NCBI GenBank assembly: GCA_964016885.1
Contig: CAXHJY010001360.1
Coordinates: 1 to 50,547 of the forward strand
DNA length: 50,547 nucleotides
Source: Eledone cirrhosa
Taxonomy: Eukaryota
Direction of reading: 5' to 3'
The translations under genes and the position numbers were made by a program. The notes under the pieces were generated by a model that saw only the letters and a program-made list of their open reading frames with translations, had not been told where the DNA came from and made no database searches. How positions within the stretch are numbered: position 1 is the stretch's first letter; every line of letters begins with the position of its first letter. Below, piece after piece: positions 46,002 to 50,547 of this stretch.

Positions 46002-49000
46002 ATCATCATCATCATCATCATCACCGTTTTACGTCCGTTCTTCCACACTAGCATGGATTAGACGGGTTGTCCTGTTGTGGGCAGTGTCTGGTCGGCTGAC
46101 CATGCCTTGCTCATACAGGAACTGATCTGGCTTGATTTCTACAGCTGGGTGCCCTTCCTAACACCAACCTCATTTACAGTGAGTGCTGGGTGCTTTTTCG
46201 TGGCGCCTACACGTCCACTTTACAGTGTGGGCTGGGTGCTTTTTTGCCGTGGCACCTCCACGACCACCTTGCGGTGGGGGGCGTGGGGGCATATTGTCTA
46301 TATGCTTCAGCTTGTCCCCATGGGAGGTCGGGTACACTGTATTACTGCGTGAAGCCAGAAGTCACGGTCGTGTGTCATTGTCTTTGAGTAAGGTCGGCTT
46401 TTATCACCTCATCCCAAGTCATCTTGGGTCTCCCAGACTCCGCGGTTTCCATCAACTTCTAGTGCTCTGCACCTTTTTATGCAGCTGTCATCCTTCATAC
46501 GCATCACATGTCCATACCAGCGTAACCGCCTCTCCTGCACGCAGCATTTGATTCCTCTCATGCTCAGTCTCTCTCTCAATTCCTTTATGCTTTGTCGTTC
46601 ACGTATATTACTGTTACACATCCATCGGAGCATGCAGGCTTCGTTTCTCTCTAATCTACGTAAGTCTTCCACCTTCAGCGCCCAGGTCTCACTACCATGC
46701 AACATCGCTGTTCGGATACACGCATCATACAGTCTGCCTTTCATTCTGAGGGAGAAGCCTTTTGCAGCTAGCAGTGGTAGTAGTTCCCTAAACTTCTTCC
46801 ATCCCGTTCTTACCCTAGTTATTGTACTTTCTGAACACCCACCTCCGTTTCTAATTCGGTCACCTAGGTAGCAGAAGCTGTCTACTGTCTCTACAGGGCC
46901 CTCCCAGAGATTGGTGGTACTTGTTTCCTGTGGCTGTTTGCTGCTTGCTGTCTCAGCACAGCTGCTGCATGTGAATCCTACATTCTTAATTAAGCTTCCT
47001 GAGATCCCGCTACATCTCTTGTGTACCCATTGTTTGCATTTGGGGCAGAGAATGGAGTTCCTACCTACACCTTTCCTACATACTGAGCAAGGCCATTTCC
47101 CTGAGGGGATCTGGGTTCTGTTTTCTCGTCTACTTACAAGGACCTTAGTCTTTGTCATGTTGACTTTGAGGCCCTTTCTCTCTAGTCCCTGCTTCCAGGT
47201 TTGGAATTTATTCTCTAGTTCTACCATAGATTCAGCTATGAGTGCGAGGTCATCAGCATACAGGAGTTCCCATGGGCATCCGGTCTTAAACTCCTCCATT
47301 ATTGCCTGCAGGACTATGATGAACAGGAGAGGGCTAAGAACAGAGCCCTGGTGGACCCCAACCTGTACGCTAAATTCCTCGCTATACTCATTGCTAATCC
47401 TAACTTTCTTGACTGCTCCCCTATATATGGCTTGTACCGCTTTCACAAGCCATTCATCTACTCCTAGTTTTCTAAGAGCCCACCAGATTACAGCACGTGG
47501 AACTCTGTCAAAGGCTTTCTCAAGGTCGACAAATGCCAAGTAGAGTGGCTTACTTTTAGCTAGGTACTTTTCCTGTAATTGCCTCACAAGGAAGAGGGCA
47601 TCGGTGGTGCCTCTTCCTGGTACAAACCCAAATTGCATCTCGTCTATTTTCACCCAGTCCCTAATCAGCTGTGCTATAACTCTTTCTGTTACCTTCATGA
47701 CCTGGTCCATCAACTTTATACCTCTATAGTTTACTCTATCTAGTGCATCGCCTTTACCTTTGTAGCAGTTGACAATGATGCTACTGCACCAATCTTTTGG
47801 TATGGCACCTTCTAGTATTACCTGGTTAACGATACGTGTGGTTATAGTGTGACCTACAGACCCAGATGCCTTCAGCATCTCGGCAGCTATACCCGATGGA
47901 CCGGTTGCCTTCCCCATCTTCATATCTTTGATTGCCTTACTTACTATGCTGCTGCTGACTTGTACTGCTGGTCCCTCTATAGGGTCTACTTGGGGTAGGG
48001 TCTCTTCTTCCCATGCATTCTCCTCATTTAGTAATCTATCATAATGACTCTTCCATGCATCTTTCTTCTCAGCACTTGTGAGGGCAAGCTCACCTTTATC
48101 ATTCCGGATACACTTCTCTCCAATGACATCACAACTATCTCTGAGACACTGTCTCGCAATCTTGAATACCTCCTGTTTCTGGTCCTCACGTTGCAAAACA
48201 TGCTTGAATTTTCTATCCTCTGCTTCCCTCCTAGCTAAGTATACTTGTCGCCTAGCTTCCCTCTTGGTCTCTATGTAATGTACCCTGCTCCCACCGTTCT
48301 TCCATTCTTTCCATGCCTGTCTCTTGGCCTTAACTGCTTCATCTACCTTATTGTTCCACCACCAAGTCACTCTCCTCCTGCTTGAGGTCTTACTCCAGCC
48401 ACAGACCTCATCCGTCGCCTCTAGTAAATTATTTTTTAGGAACTCCCAGTTCTCTTCTACATTAAATGTCTCTATCTGTTCCTCTTTACTGTCGTAGGCG
48501 TTGAGTAAAATATCTTTAAATCTGTTACTGGTTGAGGGGACTTTCAGCTTCCATATCTTTCTTCTCCAGGTTGGCCTCAGTTTCCGGGTTTGTCTAGTTC
48601 TGACCGTGAGGTCGCTGACAACTAAGCTATGTTGGGATGTAGATTCCTCACTAGGGAAGGCTTTTGTGTTTACGACCGTCCATCTGTCACGTCCTCTGAT
48701 GAGGATAAAATCTAACTGACTAGAGTGTTCCCCTGATCTATAGGTGATCAGGTGGTTGTCGGGTTTTTTAAAGTTTGTGTTACATATCGACATGTCATTG
48801 GCGTCGCAGAATTCTAGAAGTCTGAATCCTTCCTCATTCCTTGTGCCAACCCCATGGCCTCCATGTACTCTATTGAAGCCGTCGCAGTGTTTACCTACGT
48901 GTCCGTTAAAATCTCCTGCGATGATTAGGAAGTCATTGTCGTCTGTTAGAGCAGTAGTGTGCATTAGGGACTCGTAAAACCTATCCTTAAGTTCGTCTGG

Positions 49001-49254
49001 CAACCCCGATTGGGGTGCGTAAGCTGATATTATTGTGGTAATTGTTTTATTCAGGACTAGTCTGAGTTTAATGATTCTTGCATTTACCCTGTACACTGAG
49101 ATTACCTTATCTACCCATTTGTCAGCTAGTAGTATACCTACACCACCCATCCCATCGTCATTTCCCACCCAGAAAAATTTGTAGCACCGACTTTTTCCTA
49201 CGAGGATTCTGGCAGACTCTCCTCTCCATCTAGTCTCTTGCACACAGCATACAT

Positions 49255-49258
<4 letters not shown>
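46002..49258 (-). mobile_element. RTE-clade LINE subfamily B, 5'-truncated
   Basis: (GAT)n tail at 46002-46024; sequence begins at [11 protein letters not shown] next to (TA)n. Confidence 0.93.
46409..49243 (-). CDS. RTE-B APE-RT ORF (944 aa; N-terminally truncated, frameshift near the C-terminus)
   Basis: [44 protein letters not shown], Cys/His cluster, RLRWYGHV. Confidence 0.88.
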   Translation of the reverse strand: MQETRWRGESARILVGKSRCYKFFWVGNDDGMGGVGILLADKWVDKVISVYRVNARIIKLRLVLNKTITTIISAYAPQSGLPDELKDRFYESLMHTTALTDDNDFLIIAGDFNGHVGKHCDGFNRVHGGHGVGTRNEEGFRLLEFCDANDMSICNTNFKKPDNHLITYRSGEHSSQLDFILIRGRDRWTVVNTKAFPSEESTSQHSLVVSDLTVRTRQTRKLRPTWRRKIWKLKVPSTSNRFKDILLNAYDSKEEQIETFNVEENWEFLKNNLLEATDEVCGWSKTSSRRRVTWWWNNKVDEAVKAKRQAWKEWKNGGSRVHYIETKREARRQVYLARREAEDRKFKHVLQREDQKQEVFKIARQCLRDSCDVIGEKCIRNDKGELALTSAEKKDAWKSHYDRLLNEENAWEEETLPQVDPIEGPAVQVSSSIVSKAIKDMKMGKATGPSGIAAEMLKASGSVGHTITTRIVNQVILEGAIPKDWCSSIIVNCYKGKGDALDRVNYRGIKLMDQVMKVTERVIAQLIRDWVKIDEMQFGFVPGRGTTDALFLVRQLQEKYLAKSKPLYLAFVDLEKAFDRVPRAVIWWALRKLGVDEWLVKAVQAIYRGAVKKVRISNEYSEEFSVQVGVHQGSVLSPLLFIIVLQAIMEEFKTGCPWELLYADDLALIAESMVELENKFQTWKQGLERKGLKVNMTKTKVLVSRRENRTQIPSGKWPCSVCRKGVGRNSILCPKCKQWVHKRCSGISGSLIKNVGFTCSSCAETASSKQPQETSTTNLWEGPVETVDSFCYLGDRIRNGGGCSESTITRVRTGWKKFRELLPLLAAKGFSLRMKGRLYDACIRTAMLHGSETWALKVEDLRRLERNEACMLRWMCNSNIRERQSIKELRERLSMRGIKCCVQERRLRWYGHVMRMKDDSCIKRCRALEVDGNRGVWETQDDLG

Positions 49259-50547
<1,289 letters not shown>

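Overview
Repeat-saturated animal genomic DNA, probably a cephalopod such as an octopus (inferred from the SINE/RTE families, not proven). I found no host gene. Roughly half of the window is interrupted (TA)n microsatellite, and the long IY/MY ORFs in the track are artefacts of it. Every non-microsatellite island is a retroelement or fragment flanked by (TA)n. These include one near-complete CR1/L2-group LINE (10531-15397), four long RTE-clade LINEs of two subfamilies plus 3' fragments, three tRNA-derived SINEs sharing the RTE 3' tail, a BovB-like 3' remnant and a Penelope GIY-YIG 3' fragment. Two signals stand out. (1) About nine distinct short non-coding sequence families carry intact, mutated or half type-I hammerhead ribozyme (HHR) folds. 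Most occur as head-to-head fold-back or twin-primed insertions whose 3' ends fuse to (TA)n through TAT microhomology and whose breakpoints often fall inside the ribozyme. One is a 465-nt terminally redundant, retrozyme-like monomer. (2) The CR1-like LINE has an ORF1 with a Myb/SANT-like motif and a CCCH finger, and an ORF2 with no AUG before the endonuclease that is reachable by a -1 shift at an in-phase U_UUU_UUA heptamer. All folds and alignments were done by eye, so coordinates may be off by a few bases.
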